A DNA stretch of 64,000 bases from Candidatus Lustribacter sp. (GCA_965277805.1 OZ255842.1:3168001-3232000), one strand, 5' to 3'. Counted from the stretch's first letter, positions 27,708-37,199 are shown. Notes: generated by a model not told the origin, from the letters alone. Numbers and translations are program-made.

Positions 27708-28289
27708 ATGAACATCCCCAACTCATTTCGCACGCTCGCCACCGCGCTTGCGTTGGTCTCCATCACTGCAGGCGTCGCGGGAGCCCAGTCCGCGACCTTG
27801 ACCAAGAAAGGTGCGGAGGTCGACGTGCGCGTCCTCACGCCGCTGAGCTCGAAGACCTCGCACTCCGGCGATCCGTTCGCGATGACCGAGACCGACTTAC
27901 TGTTCGTGCACCATCCCGAACTGCACGGTGCAACGATCGAAGGTCATCTCGAAGACGTCGTCGCCGCCTCGCCGACGCGCAAGGCCTCGATGAGCGTGAT
28001 CTTCGACGACATCAAGTTCGCCGATGGACGCACCGAACCGGTGTCGGTGGCGGTGAAGAACGTGTCGGCTTTCGAACCGAAGACGCATCACGTCCGCGAC
28101 CTCGGCATCATCGTCGGCTCGGCCGTCGTCGGACACGTCGTCTCGAAGAAGACGCACGTCGGCGGCGGAACGCTCGGCGGCGCAGCCGCCGGCTTCGCGA
28201 TCGTCTCGGCGATGAAATCCGACATCACGATCAAACCGGGAACGATCGTCAAACTGAAATTGCTGTCCGATCTGCCGCAGCCCGCATGA
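27708..28289 (+). CDS. Hypothetical exported protein with glycine-zipper-like segment
   Basis: Signal peptide ending AGA-Q; LSSKTSHSGDPF; GGGTLGGAAAG; DITIKPGT. Confidence 0.7.
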   Translation: MNIPNSFRTLATALALVSITAGVAGAQSATLTKKGAEVDVRVLTPLSSKTSHSGDPFAMTETDLLFVHHPELHGATIEGHLEDVVAASPTRKASMSVIFDDIKFADGRTEPVSVAVKNVSAFEPKTHHVRDLGIIVGSAVVGHVVSKKTHVGGGTLGGAAAGFAIVSAMKSDITIKPGTIVKLKLLSDLPQPA

Positions 28290-29281
28290 CGGTCGTCGAC
28301 GGTTTCAGCGGGGCGATCGGCAACACGCCGCTGATCCGCCTCGCGAAGCTCTCGGCCCACGTCGGCCGCGAAATCTTCGGGAAAGCCGAACACCTCAACC
28401 CGGGCGGCTCGGTCAAAGATCGCGCGGCGCTCGGGATCATCGAAGACTTCGAACGCAGCGGCCTGCTGAAGCCCGGCGGGGTTGTGGTTGAAGGCACTGC
28501 CGGCAACACCGGCATCGGCTTGACGCTGGTCGGCAACGCGCGCGGCTATCGCACGATCATCGTGATGCCCGACGATCAAGCCCCGGAGAAATACGACCTG
28601 CTGCGCACCTACGGCGCGGACTTGCGCGTCGTCGTAGCGGCGCCGTTCACCAACGATGCCAACTACTATCACGAAGCGCGGCGGATCGCGGAATCGATTC
28701 CGGGCGCAGTGTGGGCGAACCAATTCGAGAACACCGTCAATCGCGACACGCACGAACGCACGACCGGCCCCGAGATCGTCGCGCAGATGGGCGGCCAGCT
28801 CGATGCGTTCATCGCCGCGGCCGGCACGGGCGGCACGCTGGCCGGCACCGGGCGCGCACTCAAGGCTCACGATCCGAAGATCCGCATCGTGCTGTGCGAT
28901 CCGTACGGCTCGGCGCTATATAATTTCGTCAAACACGGCAAGCTCGAAGCCGAGGGCGACTCCAACGCTGAAGGCATCGGCATCAAACGCCTGACGGCGA
29001 ACTTCAAAGGCGCACCGGTCGACGATGCCGTGCGCGTCGACGACCAAACGATGGTCGAGATGGCGCACTGGCTGTTGCGCGAGACCGGGCTGTTCGTCGG
29101 CGGATCGGCCGCGCTCAACGTCGCCGGGGCAGCCCGCTATGCCGCGACGCTTCCGGCCGGCAGCCGCGTCGTGACCGTCCTCTGTGATGGCGGCGACCGC
29201 TATCGCTCGCGCATCTACAATGCCGGTTGGCTGGAAGAGAACGGCGTCGTGCCGCAGGCCAAAGACCTCTCGTTCCTCTAA
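28286..29281 (+). CDS. Cysteine synthase family PLP enzyme
   Basis: IGNTPL, NPGGSVKDR, EGTAGNTG, GTGGT, LCDGGDRY. Confidence 0.9.
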   Translation: MTVVDGFSGAIGNTPLIRLAKLSAHVGREIFGKAEHLNPGGSVKDRAALGIIEDFERSGLLKPGGVVVEGTAGNTGIGLTLVGNARGYRTIIVMPDDQAPEKYDLLRTYGADLRVVVAAPFTNDANYYHEARRIAESIPGAVWANQFENTVNRDTHERTTGPEIVAQMGGQLDAFIAAAGTGGTLAGTGRALKAHDPKIRIVLCDPYGSALYNFVKHGKLEAEGDSNAEGIGIKRLTANFKGAPVDDAVRVDDQTMVEMAHWLLRETGLFVGGSAALNVAGAARYAATLPAGSRVVTVLCDGGDRYRSRIYNAGWLEENGVVPQAKDLSFL

Positions 29282-29290
29282 GTAACCATA

Positions 29291-29584
29291 ATGTTTCACG
29301 CCCAGGCGCTCGTTCTGACCGACCACCCCTCGGCGGTCGCGGCCCACGTCACTAAGGAACTCGGCCTCGAGTTCACGGCCGAATGGTCGGCCGAGGCCGG
29401 CACCGTCGAGTTGCCCGACGGAATTCTCGACCTGCACGCATGGCCCGAGGGCCTGCGGCTCGACGCCTTCGCCCCGACGCGCGCCGGTTTGGACCGCGTC
29501 GCCGACGTCGTGAAACGGCGCCTGGAACACCTCAATTCCGACCACCTCAGCGTCGACTGGTACCTCCGCCCCAGCGCATCGTAG
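29291..29584 (+). CDS. DUF2218-like small protein
   Basis: GTVELPDG.LDL...GLRL...LDRVADVVKRRLE....LSVDW pattern. Confidence 0.55.
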   Translation: MFHAQALVLTDHPSAVAAHVTKELGLEFTAEWSAEAGTVELPDGILDLHAWPEGLRLDAFAPTRAGLDRVADVVKRRLEHLNSDHLSVDWYLRPSAS

Positions 29585-29650
29585 CGCGGGGTTCAGCGGG
29601 ACGAACGGTGAACGACCAAGCCCTTCCCGCCTCATTTTCCTGGAGGAACC

Positions 29651-30547
29651 ATGCGCCTTATTACCCGTGCTGATCTGGACGGCCTGACCTGCGCGGTTCT
29701 CCTCTCACAAGTCGAGACGATCGACGACGTGATGCTGGCGCATCCAAAAGACGTGCAAGACGGGAAGGTCGACATCACCTCCAACGACGTGCTGGCGAAT
29801 CTGCCGCACGATCCGCGCGCCGGCATGATCTTCGATCATCACGCAAGCCAGACGGACGAGTGGAAAGAGGGCGTAACGAAGGGCGGCTTCCAGGCCACCG
29901 CGCCGAGCGCCGCGCGCGTCGTCGCCGGACACTATCCGGACGCCGATTTTAGCGCGTACACCGAGCTGCTGCATCAAACCGACCGGCTCGACTCCGCCGA
30001 CCTCGAGCCCGAAGACGTCACCGATCCCAAGGGCTGGATCCTCGTCGGTTACACGCTCGATCCGCGCACCGGCATGGCGCGCTACCGCGATTACTTCAAA
30101 CACGTGCTCGATCTCGTCAAGGCAAATCCGAACGATCCCGACAAGGTGCTGGCCGATCCGCAAGTCGCCGAACGCGTCGCGATCCTGCGCGATCAGCAAT
30201 GGTCGTTCATGGAGCACTTGATCGAAACGAGCCGCGCCGAGGGTAACGTGATCGTCTCGGACGTGCGCGGTCTCAAAGAGTCCCCGCTCGGCAACCGCTT
30301 CTTCATCTACACGCTCTTCCCGGAAGCGAACGTTTCGGTACGCATCGCAGACGGCGCGAACAACGCGTTTAACAGCATTCAGGTGGGACATAGCATCTTC
30401 AACCGGACCTGCAAGACCAGCGTCGGTTCGCTGATGGATCATTACGGTGGCGGCGGCCACTTCGGCGCCGGCACCTGTCAGCCGGCACCGGCCGATGCCG
30501 ACCGCGTGCTCGGTGAAATTATTCAAGTTCTCAAAAAGAACGGCTGA
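29651..30547 (+). CDS. DHH family phosphoesterase (often labelled exopolyphosphatase-like)
   Basis: TRADLDG, FDHH, GGGGHFGAG; GGAGG RBS. Confidence 0.85.
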   Translation: MRLITRADLDGLTCAVLLSQVETIDDVMLAHPKDVQDGKVDITSNDVLANLPHDPRAGMIFDHHASQTDEWKEGVTKGGFQATAPSAARVVAGHYPDADFSAYTELLHQTDRLDSADLEPEDVTDPKGWILVGYTLDPRTGMARYRDYFKHVLDLVKANPNDPDKVLADPQVAERVAILRDQQWSFMEHLIETSRAEGNVIVSDVRGLKESPLGNRFFIYTLFPEANVSVRIADGANNAFNSIQVGHSIFNRTCKTSVGSLMDHYGGGGHFGAGTCQPAPADADRVLGEIIQVLKKNG

Positions 30548-30553
30548 GAGGCG

Positions 30554-31459
30554 ATGCTGATCATCATCGGGTGGGTGGTCGTCGCCATCTGCGTCTTCGG
30601 CAGCTTCGTCCTCGGCGGCGGCCACATCTTGTCGCTGCTGCAGCCGTTTGAATTCATGTGCATCGCCGGCGCCGCCGTGGGCGCGTTCGTCGTGAGCAAC
30701 CCGCCCAAGACGCTGCGTTCGGTGCTCAAAGCCATTCCGGCGTGCTTCAAGAGCAAGGACTACTCGAAAGAAAAGTACCTGCAGCTCATCGCGCTGCTCT
30801 ACGAGCTGCTGCAGAAAGCGCGCCAAGAGGGTCTGCTCGCACTCGAAGTCGACGTCAACGATCCCGAAGCCAGTTCGATCTACACCAAGTACCCGAGCGT
30901 CAAAGAAGACACGCACCTGCTCGAGTTCATCAACGACTACTTGCGCATGATGCTCAGCGGTAACCTCAACGTGCTCGAGATTCAAGAGCTGATGGACGCC
31001 GAGCTCGACACGCACCATGCCGAAGCGCAGATTCCCGCTACCGCGATTCAGCGCATCGCCGACGCGATGCCCGCGTTCGGTATCGTGGCTGCCGTCATGG
31101 GCGTCGTGCACACGATGGGTTCGGTCGGCGCGCCGCCCAAAGTGCTCGGTGAGATGGTCGCGGCCGCGCTCGTCGGCACGTTCCTCGGCATCTTGCTCGG
31201 CTACGGGTTCATCGGGCCGCTCGCGAGCCTGATCGAAGCCAACTCACAAGAAGAGGCGAAGAAGTTCGAGTGCGTCAAGTCGGTGCTGCTCGCGTCGATG
31301 AGCGGGTACTCGCCCACTGTCGCGGTGGAGTTCGGACGTAAGGTCGTGTTCTCGGTCGACCGGCCGAGCTTTGAGGAACTCGAAGACGCCGTTCGCGCCA
31401 CCAAGGAAAAGCCGGCATCGGTCGACGGTGCCCCCGACGCCGTGCCGACGCCGGCGTAG
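30554..31459 (+). CDS. motA: Flagellar motor stator protein MotA
   Basis: LLQPFE, KARQEGLLALE, AMPAFGIVAAVMGVV, ALVGTFLGILLGYGF, AVEFGRK, RPSFEELE. Confidence 0.93.
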   Translation: MLIIIGWVVVAICVFGSFVLGGGHILSLLQPFEFMCIAGAAVGAFVVSNPPKTLRSVLKAIPACFKSKDYSKEKYLQLIALLYELLQKARQEGLLALEVDVNDPEASSIYTKYPSVKEDTHLLEFINDYLRMMLSGNLNVLEIQELMDAELDTHHAEAQIPATAIQRIADAMPAFGIVAAVMGVVHTMGSVGAPPKVLGEMVAAALVGTFLGILLGYGFIGPLASLIEANSQEEAKKFECVKSVLLASMSGYSPTVAVEFGRKVVFSVDRPSFEELEDAVRATKEKPASVDGAPDAVPTPA

Positions 31460-31466
31460 CGGCCCC

Positions 31467-32558
31467 GTGGACGACCGGGAGCATCCGGACGAGGAGCAAC
31501 GCGATCCGCAACCGCACGATTCGCAAGCGGAGAGCATCGCTTCCGATGGGGTCGCCGACACCGACGTTGCCGGCGAGGCGACGTCGGGCGAAGTAACGCC
31601 CGAGACTGCCGCGCCGCGCGATACCGAAGCGGAAGACCGGGCTGCAAAACTCGGACCGAAGACCTTCGTCTCGGGCACGACCGCGCCGTCACTCACGCAC
31701 GTTCGCGCGCCCACGATCGTCATTCGCCGCAAGAAGAAAGGCGGTCACGGCGACGCGCACGGCGGCTCGTGGAAGATCGCCTACGCCGACTTCGTCACCG
31801 CGATGATGGCGTTTTTTCTGTTGATGTGGTTGCTCTCGTCGACCAATCAGGGCGACTTGCAAGGCATCGCCGATTATTTCAACCGGCCGTTGAAGGCACT
31901 GTTCACGCAAGGCCCGGGCGTCACCGCAACGACGGCGCCGCAAACCGAAAAAGAAAACGACCAGGCGCGGCGCAAGGACGAAGAAGACCAGCTGCAGAGT
32001 CTCAAGACGAAACTCGATGCACTGATCGAGCAGAGCCCGAAACTCAAGGCGTTCAAGAATCAGATCAAGATCGACATCACGAGCGAAGGCCTGCGCATTC
32101 AAATCCTCGACAATCAGAACCGCCCGATGTTCGATAAGGGCGATGCGGTGCTGAAGAGCTACACCAAAGATATCCTCGATCAGATCGCGCCCGCACTCAA
32201 CAACGTGCCCAATCATATCTCGATCGCCGGTCATACCGACTCGCTCCCGTATCGCGGGATGCTGGACGGCTATTCCAATTGGGAACTCTCGAGCGAACGC
32301 GCCAACGCGGCGCGGCGCGAATTGCTCACCGGCGGCATGCGCGCCAACAAGATCTTGCAGATCCGCGGGCTAGCCGACGCATTGCCGTTTCTGAAAAACG
32401 ATCCGACGAACCCGGCCAACCGGCGCATCAGCATCGTCGTGCTCAACGCGCAAGCCGAACAGAACTTTCTGCGCGACGGTCAACAAACTGCCAGCGAAAC
32501 CCCAGGTCCGGAAGCGAGCGGCTCCCCGGCTCCTGTGCCGCCGGCGGCAACGCCGTAA
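31467..32558 (+). CDS. motB: Flagellar motor stator protein MotB with acidic N-terminal extension
   Basis: HGGSWKIAYADFVTAMMAFFLLMWL; OmpA-like GHTD..NWELSSERA..NRRI; GTG start estimated. Confidence 0.9.
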   Translation: MDDREHPDEEQRDPQPHDSQAESIASDGVADTDVAGEATSGEVTPETAAPRDTEAEDRAAKLGPKTFVSGTTAPSLTHVRAPTIVIRRKKKGGHGDAHGGSWKIAYADFVTAMMAFFLLMWLLSSTNQGDLQGIADYFNRPLKALFTQGPGVTATTAPQTEKENDQARRKDEEDQLQSLKTKLDALIEQSPKLKAFKNQIKIDITSEGLRIQILDNQNRPMFDKGDAVLKSYTKDILDQIAPALNNVPNHISIAGHTDSLPYRGMLDGYSNWELSSERANAARRELLTGGMRANKILQIRGLADALPFLKNDPTNPANRRISIVVLNAQAEQNFLRDGQQTASETPGPEASGSPAPVPPAATP

Positions 32559-32625
32559 TTCTCCAAAGACTTAAATTGCATTAGAAACGCACCCTTTGGA
32601 AAAATGGGTACGTTTGCAGAATATT

Positions 32626-33255
32626 ATGATGAGACTCATCGCCGCAGTCATTGCGGCCCTTTTCCTCGCCGCACCGTTAGCGGCTAACGCTCAAATGGCG
32701 CCGACATATGCGGCCGGCCCCGCGGATGACGGTGACGCGAACATCCACGGTCGGATCCTCAATTTCGACGGCGCGTACTCCCTCCAGGTTCGCGATGAAC
32801 AGGGCTACGTCGACAACGTCCAGCTGCATCAAGGAACGATCATCAATCCAACCGGCCTCACGTTGGCGCCGGGCATGGTCGTGAGCATCATGGGCTATAA
32901 CGCCGGCGACTACTTCGCCGCGAACGAAGTCGACACGCCGTACACGTACTACTCGGGCGTCCCGTACTATGCGGGTCATCCGTGGAACTACTACGGTCCG
33001 AGCATCAGCCTCGGCTTCTTCTTCGGCAATAGCGGCTGGTGGCACGGCGGTGCATTCCACGGAGGCTACCATTACGTCGGCGGCGGCGGCGCGCGCGTCT
33101 ACAATAGCGTGCACGTGAACAACGTCTACCGCGGCGGAGCCTACCAGGGCCGCAACTACGTCGCTCGGCCCGAGCACGGCGGCTACGTCCCGCACGGCGC
33201 TGCACACGCACCGCAGCACGTCGGGGGCGGCGGCGGCGGCGACCGTCACCGCTAG
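32626..33255 (+). CDS. Hypothetical exported protein (beta-barrel/OB-like domain plus Gly/Tyr/His-rich tail)
   Basis: Signal peptide ending ANA-Q; domain shared with 46063-46512. Confidence 0.75.
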   Translation: MMRLIAAVIAALFLAAPLAANAQMAPTYAAGPADDGDANIHGRILNFDGAYSLQVRDEQGYVDNVQLHQGTIINPTGLTLAPGMVVSIMGYNAGDYFAANEVDTPYTYYSGVPYYAGHPWNYYGPSISLGFFFGNSGWWHGGAFHGGYHYVGGGGARVYNSVHVNNVYRGGAYQGRNYVARPEHGGYVPHGAAHAPQHVGGGGGGDRHR

Positions 33256-33272
33256 ACACTAGCACCGGACAC

Positions 33273-33309
33273 AAAAAAGCTCGCGGTGACCAACGTCGCC
33301 GCGAGCTTT
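33273..33309 (-). terminator. Intrinsic terminator (possibly bidirectional)
   Basis: AAAAAAGCTCGCGGTGAC-caac-GTCGCCGCGAGCTTT between convergent genes; U6 tail on the minus strand. Confidence 0.85.
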
Positions 33310-33332
33310 GCATTTGCTACCGAGCGTGAACG

Positions 33333-33812
33333 TTAGGCTTGGTAATCGAGAATCGACGAACCGGCCGGCGCGTTCACGTAGTTTTGGATCGTCTGCAGCG
33401 CCTCTTGGTCGCTCGCGTCGAGAATCGACTGGACGGACGGAACGTTGGTCAGCGCGCTCGAGGCCGACGACGTCGACGACGCGGGCGTGGTCGACGCAGC
33501 CGCACTCGTCGCTAACGTGCCGGGATGACCCGGGCTGCCGAGCAGCACCGCGGCCTGTTGGAGCACGGAGTCAGTATTGGCGAGGCTGTCCGACGGCGAA
33601 AGAAACGATGCGTAGAGCAGCTCTTGGTTGTCGTACTGCTGCAGGTTCGCATACTCAGTTTGATACGTCGACTCGGTGTTCGACGGCTTGGCTGCGGCCG
33701 GCACCGGATTCGGAGCGCTTCCGCTGCTAAGGAGGGAAGCACCGACGGACGACAGCCCGCCGTTGGGAAGCGAACTGGAAGATCCCGACGAGATTGAAGA
33801 AATGCCGCTCAT
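33333..33812 (-). CDS. Hypothetical Ser-rich protein (159 aa)
   Basis: MSGISSISSGSS...GSSILDYQA; extended -10 lies 6 nt upstream of ATG and a terminator lies downstream. Confidence 0.7.
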   Translation of the reverse strand: MSGISSISSGSSSSLPNGGLSSVGASLLSSGSAPNPVPAAAKPSNTESTYQTEYANLQQYDNQELLYASFLSPSDSLANTDSVLQQAAVLLGSPGHPGTLATSAAASTTPASSTSSASSALTNVPSVQSILDASDQEALQTIQNYVNAPAGSSILDYQA

Positions 33813-33818
33813 GGCCTC

Positions 33819-33827
33819 ACTATAGCA
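33819..33827 (-). promoter_or_regulatory. Extended -10 promoter for a leaderless transcript
   Basis: TG-C-TATAGT followed by 6 nt and ATG (33812); no SD. Confidence 0.65.
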
Positions 33828-33926
33828 CCGGCCCGCCCGGATGTGGCTGGGAAGCAAGCGGCGTTTACGCATTTGTGACGCGGGTCCCGCGCGGGAATGC
33901 TCACGAAGCAACCGGTAGACCGCGGG

Positions 33927-35081
33927 ATGGACCGGACCGCCCTGATCGCCGCCGCGCTCCCGATCCTCATCATCGGGTTCGGCGGCGACTACGAGCACCC
34001 CGATCCGGTCCACCTCACCCTGTTCCTCGCGGCCGGCGCCGGCATCGCGGGGGCCCTGTTGCGCAAGCCTTGGGCCGGGCTCACGATTCTCCTCACCGTA
34101 CTGGCCGCGGGCGCCTACTTGCGCACCCTGGCGGGCGACAATCGCGCGAGCGACGTCATGCTGACCACAAACGAAGCGCTCAGGGTGCTCGCGAGCGGCG
34201 GCGATCCGTATACGCACGTCTACGCGATGACGAATCCGCCGGGCGGACCCTTCGGCTATCCGCCGGGCGAACTCGCCTTTTACGGGCTCGCGCACGCGGC
34301 CGGCCTCAACGTGTTCCGCGTCGACATGCTGGCCGGCATCATCGCTCTCGGCCTGATCGCAAGCCTCGCGCCGTTGATCGGTGACGGTCTGGCCGCACTC
34401 GCCATCATGCCGCTCGCCGGTGCCGTCGACCTCATCTTTCACTCGACCGACGGCAGCAACGATACGGCCGCGGCGTTTCTGGCGCTGCTGGGTATCGTTG
34501 CTCTCGTCTGGTCGTACGACGTGCGAGGGCGGCCGGGACAAGCGTTGTGGTGGACGTCGGCGATCGCACTGGGCTGGGTCGTCGCCTTCAAGGAATACGC
34601 GTTGCCGATCGCCGTTTTCATCGCGTTGTTCTTGTGGCGCAGCGATGCACGGCGCGCGCGCGGGTGGATCGTCGCAGCAGCCGCGACGACGGCGCTGTTC
34701 GTGCTGCCGTTTTTCGCTTGGAATCCGGGCGCGTTCGTATCGAACGTCGGCGGCGCGCTGCTGCTGCATCAGAACATCTGGGGGCGCAATGTGTGGCACG
34801 ACGTGCTGAGCTTAGAGCCGGGCGAAGTGGCGATTGCACCGCTGATTCCGGTCATCATGCTGGCCGCGTTCGTAGGCCTCGCGGTCGCGCTCTGGCGACG
34901 GCCGGCGCCGAGCATCGGCGCAGCCTTGCTGCAAGGCTGCGCGCTGCTCGCAACAACCTTCGTATTGGCGCGGTGGACGTCGAGCGTCTACTACGTCTTC
35001 CTCGCGCCGCTCGCGATGACGGGAATCGCGCTCACCCTGGGGGCGGAACGCGCGACTCCCGCCGTCACACCGGACGCTTAG
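33927..35081 (+). CDS. Polytopic membrane protein, GT-C type (GT87-like) glycosyltransferase
   Basis: About 10 TM segments; SDV..GDPY..FGYPPG, GSND, AFKEY. Confidence 0.6.
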   Translation: MDRTALIAAALPILIIGFGGDYEHPDPVHLTLFLAAGAGIAGALLRKPWAGLTILLTVLAAGAYLRTLAGDNRASDVMLTTNEALRVLASGGDPYTHVYAMTNPPGGPFGYPPGELAFYGLAHAAGLNVFRVDMLAGIIALGLIASLAPLIGDGLAALAIMPLAGAVDLIFHSTDGSNDTAAAFLALLGIVALVWSYDVRGRPGQALWWTSAIALGWVVAFKEYALPIAVFIALFLWRSDARRARGWIVAAAATTALFVLPFFAWNPGAFVSNVGGALLLHQNIWGRNVWHDVLSLEPGEVAIAPLIPVIMLAAFVGLAVALWRRPAPSIGAALLQGCALLATTFVLARWTSSVYYVFLAPLAMTGIALTLGAERATPAVTPDA

Positions 35082-35734
35082 TGGTAAGCGGCGAGCTTGA
35101 CCGTGTTCACGCCGAGCGCGTGTGCGAGGTCGACGTGTGCCTGATCGGCGATGCGGTGGTAATTGCCGTCGGCGGCCGCGCCGAATTTGTTGTCGATGTC
35201 GACCATGACGATCTCGTGAACCTTATGCGAGACCAGATGATCGAGCATGACGCCTTCGTAGTACGTGCCGTTGATGAGGCCGGCCTTGGTGACGCGCAGC
35301 GCCAACGCGCCGCCCTTCACTGCCGGGGCCGGAAACTTGACGCCGGCCGCCGTGGCGACTTTCACCGCATCGTCGACGGCGAAGTTCTGCACGGTGACGA
35401 ACGAGGTGACCTTCGCGGCACCGTATTGCTTCGTGAGCTTGGCGACTTCCGCATTGGCGGTCGACGCGCCGGCGAGCGCCGTGACGGCCTTCGTGATCGA
35501 GAAGTGGCCGATCGGGCCGCCCGCGACGACGAGGGATACCGCTCCTTGCAGATCGGGCGCACCGGTATAGGCGATGCCGTCGGCGCCCATCGTGCCTTCG
35601 GGCATGCCGTGTTCCATGCTGCCCATCGACGACATCGCCGACGACGACATGCTCGACGTCTGCGCGCCGGCAGCGAGGGTAGAACCGAGAATCGCCGCCG
35701 CGGCGACGACGGGGAGTAGCGCGAGTTTGAACAT
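35078..35734 (-). CDS. Hypothetical exported protein with Met-rich N-terminus
   Basis: GGAGG RBS; signal peptide; SMSSSAMSSMGSMEHGM; LDHLVSHKVH. Confidence 0.75.
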   Translation of the reverse strand: MFKLALLPVVAAAAILGSTLAAGAQTSSMSSSAMSSMGSMEHGMPEGTMGADGIAYTGAPDLQGAVSLVVAGGPIGHFSITKAVTALAGASTANAEVAKLTKQYGAAKVTSFVTVQNFAVDDAVKVATAAGVKFPAPAVKGGALALRVTKAGLINGTYYEGVMLDHLVSHKVHEIVMVDIDNKFGAAADGNYHRIADQAHVDLAHALGVNTVKLAAYH

Positions 35735-35798
35735 CCAAACCTCCGGGATGAGAGTACGATTACGCACTCCCAACGGAGCAAGTCGCGGTTTGGATTGT

Positions 35799-36575
35799 CT
35801 ATAACGTCCGATCGAAGCTCTTGGCCAGTGCGCGCACGGAGTTGGCGAGGAGCGTCGCTTCGGTACCGACGGCTACGAACGTGGCGCCCAGTTCGAGATA
35901 GCGGCGCGCGAGCCGCTCGTCGGGGGTGAGCAGACCGGCCGGATTTCCGGTGGCGAGAATCGTGGCGATCGCGCCCTCGATCGCGGCCACCACGTCCGGA
36001 TGACCGGGATTGCCGCGATGCCCGAGCGATGCGGCAAGATCCGAGGGGCCGAGAAAGACGCCGTCGATCCCGTCGACCTCGGCAATCGCCGCAACGTTGT
36101 CGAGACCGAGCCGCGATTCGACTTGCACGAGCAAGCAGATCTCGTCCTCGCCGTTGGCGAGATAGTCCGGGAACGCCATCCAGCGCGACACGCGCGAGAT
36201 GCTCGCGCCGATGCCGCGGATGCCGCGCGGCGGATAACGCACGGCCGCAACGAGCTCGCGCGCCTGTTCCGCCGTTTCGACCATCGGGATCAGCAGCGTT
36301 TGCGCGCCGATGTCGAGCAGCTGCTTGATCAGAACGGAGTTGCCGGTCGTCGCGCGCACGACCGGGTGCGCGGGATAGGCGGCGAGCACTTGCAGCTGCG
36401 AGAGGATCAGCGGGATGTCGTTGGGTGCGTGTTCGCCGTCGATCAGGAGCCAGTCGAAACCGGCGGTCGCGCAGATCTCGGCAGTGTATGGGTTAGCGAG
36501 CGCGAGCCACATCCCGATCTGGGTGCGGTTTTCGCGCAGCGCGCGTTTGAATGGGTTGGCGTTCGAGAGCGTCAT
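35799..36575 (-). CDS. HpcH/HpaI family aldolase (4-hydroxy-2-oxoheptanedioate aldolase-like)
   Basis: GFDWLLIDGEHAPND, IKQLLDIGAQTLLIPMVET, RYPPRGIRG, FLGPSDL. Confidence 0.9.
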   Translation of the reverse strand: MTLSNANPFKRALRENRTQIGMWLALANPYTAEICATAGFDWLLIDGEHAPNDIPLILSQLQVLAAYPAHPVVRATTGNSVLIKQLLDIGAQTLLIPMVETAEQARELVAAVRYPPRGIRGIGASISRVSRWMAFPDYLANGEDEICLLVQVESRLGLDNVAAIAEVDGIDGVFLGPSDLAASLGHRGNPGHPDVVAAIEGAIATILATGNPAGLLTPDERLARRYLELGATFVAVGTEATLLANSVRALAKSFDRTL

Positions 36576-36633
36576 GCGACGACGCGGCTTCGCCGGACGA
36601 GGCGCTGGCGCATCCAGCGGACAAGAATTCGCC

Positions 36634-36939
36634 GTGCCCAGCAGGACCAAGACGCAGGAGCGGGATGCGGCGCAAACGCAGCCGATGCCGCTCTACCATA
36701 CGATCGTCCACAACTGCGACTGTCACACGTTCGAAGATGTGATCTTCGGGCTGATGCGCATCGTCGGCACCGGCCTGCGCGATGCGGAGCGGAAGGCGCG
36801 CGAGATCGATTTCTTCGGGCGCGGCATCGTCGCCACGACGACGCTCGAAGTCGCCGAGCTCTACGCCCAGCGGCTGCACAACGAAGTCGTCAGCGCCAGC
36901 GGAACGCTGCTCGGAACGTCGATCGAACCGGCGACTTAA
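36634..36939 (+). CDS. clpS: ATP-dependent Clp protease adaptor ClpS (divergent)
   Basis: PLYHTIVHNCDCHTFEDVI..L...G.GIV..TLEVAE.Y...L...IEP matches the ClpS layout. Confidence 0.7.
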   Translation: MPSRTKTQERDAAQTQPMPLYHTIVHNCDCHTFEDVIFGLMRIVGTGLRDAERKAREIDFFGRGIVATTTLEVAELYAQRLHNEVVSASGTLLGTSIEPAT

Positions 36940-37199
36940 GGCTTAGGTTTGAGTTTCTCGATGCGCTCTTTGGAGTACGAGACCATCGAGCCGGCCGGCA
37001 GCAGCGATGCCTTGACGACCTTCTTGCGGACGACCCGCTTGTGCGCCGGATGATGATCGTTGATGCCGCCCGGACGCGTGATCGAAAACAGCATCTGCAT
37101 CAGCGGCGTCTCGGTCGAGAGATGGATGAACGGATTGAACGTGCGGCGGCGCCGGACGGAAGCACCGTCGCGTAGGGCGTGCAGGTCATTGACGTCCAT
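36936..37199 (-). CDS. Small basic hypothetical protein
   Basis: AGGAG RBS; fills the gap between clpS and the divergent gene. Confidence 0.5.
   Translation of the reverse strand: MDVNDLHALRDGASVRRRRTFNPFIHLSTETPLMQMLFSITRPGGINDHHPAHKRVVRKKVVKASLLPAGSMVSYSKERIEKLKPKP

Noticed and set aside
30554-32558. motAB as a Zorya anti-phage ZorAB pair
   Set aside because: MotA is normal length with no long ZorA tail, carries flagellar stator motifs, and has no zorC/D/E neighbours
33813-34799. Long N-terminal extension of the 33333-34799 ORF
   Set aside because: Antisense to the membrane glycosyltransferase; a promoter-like motif supports the start at 33812
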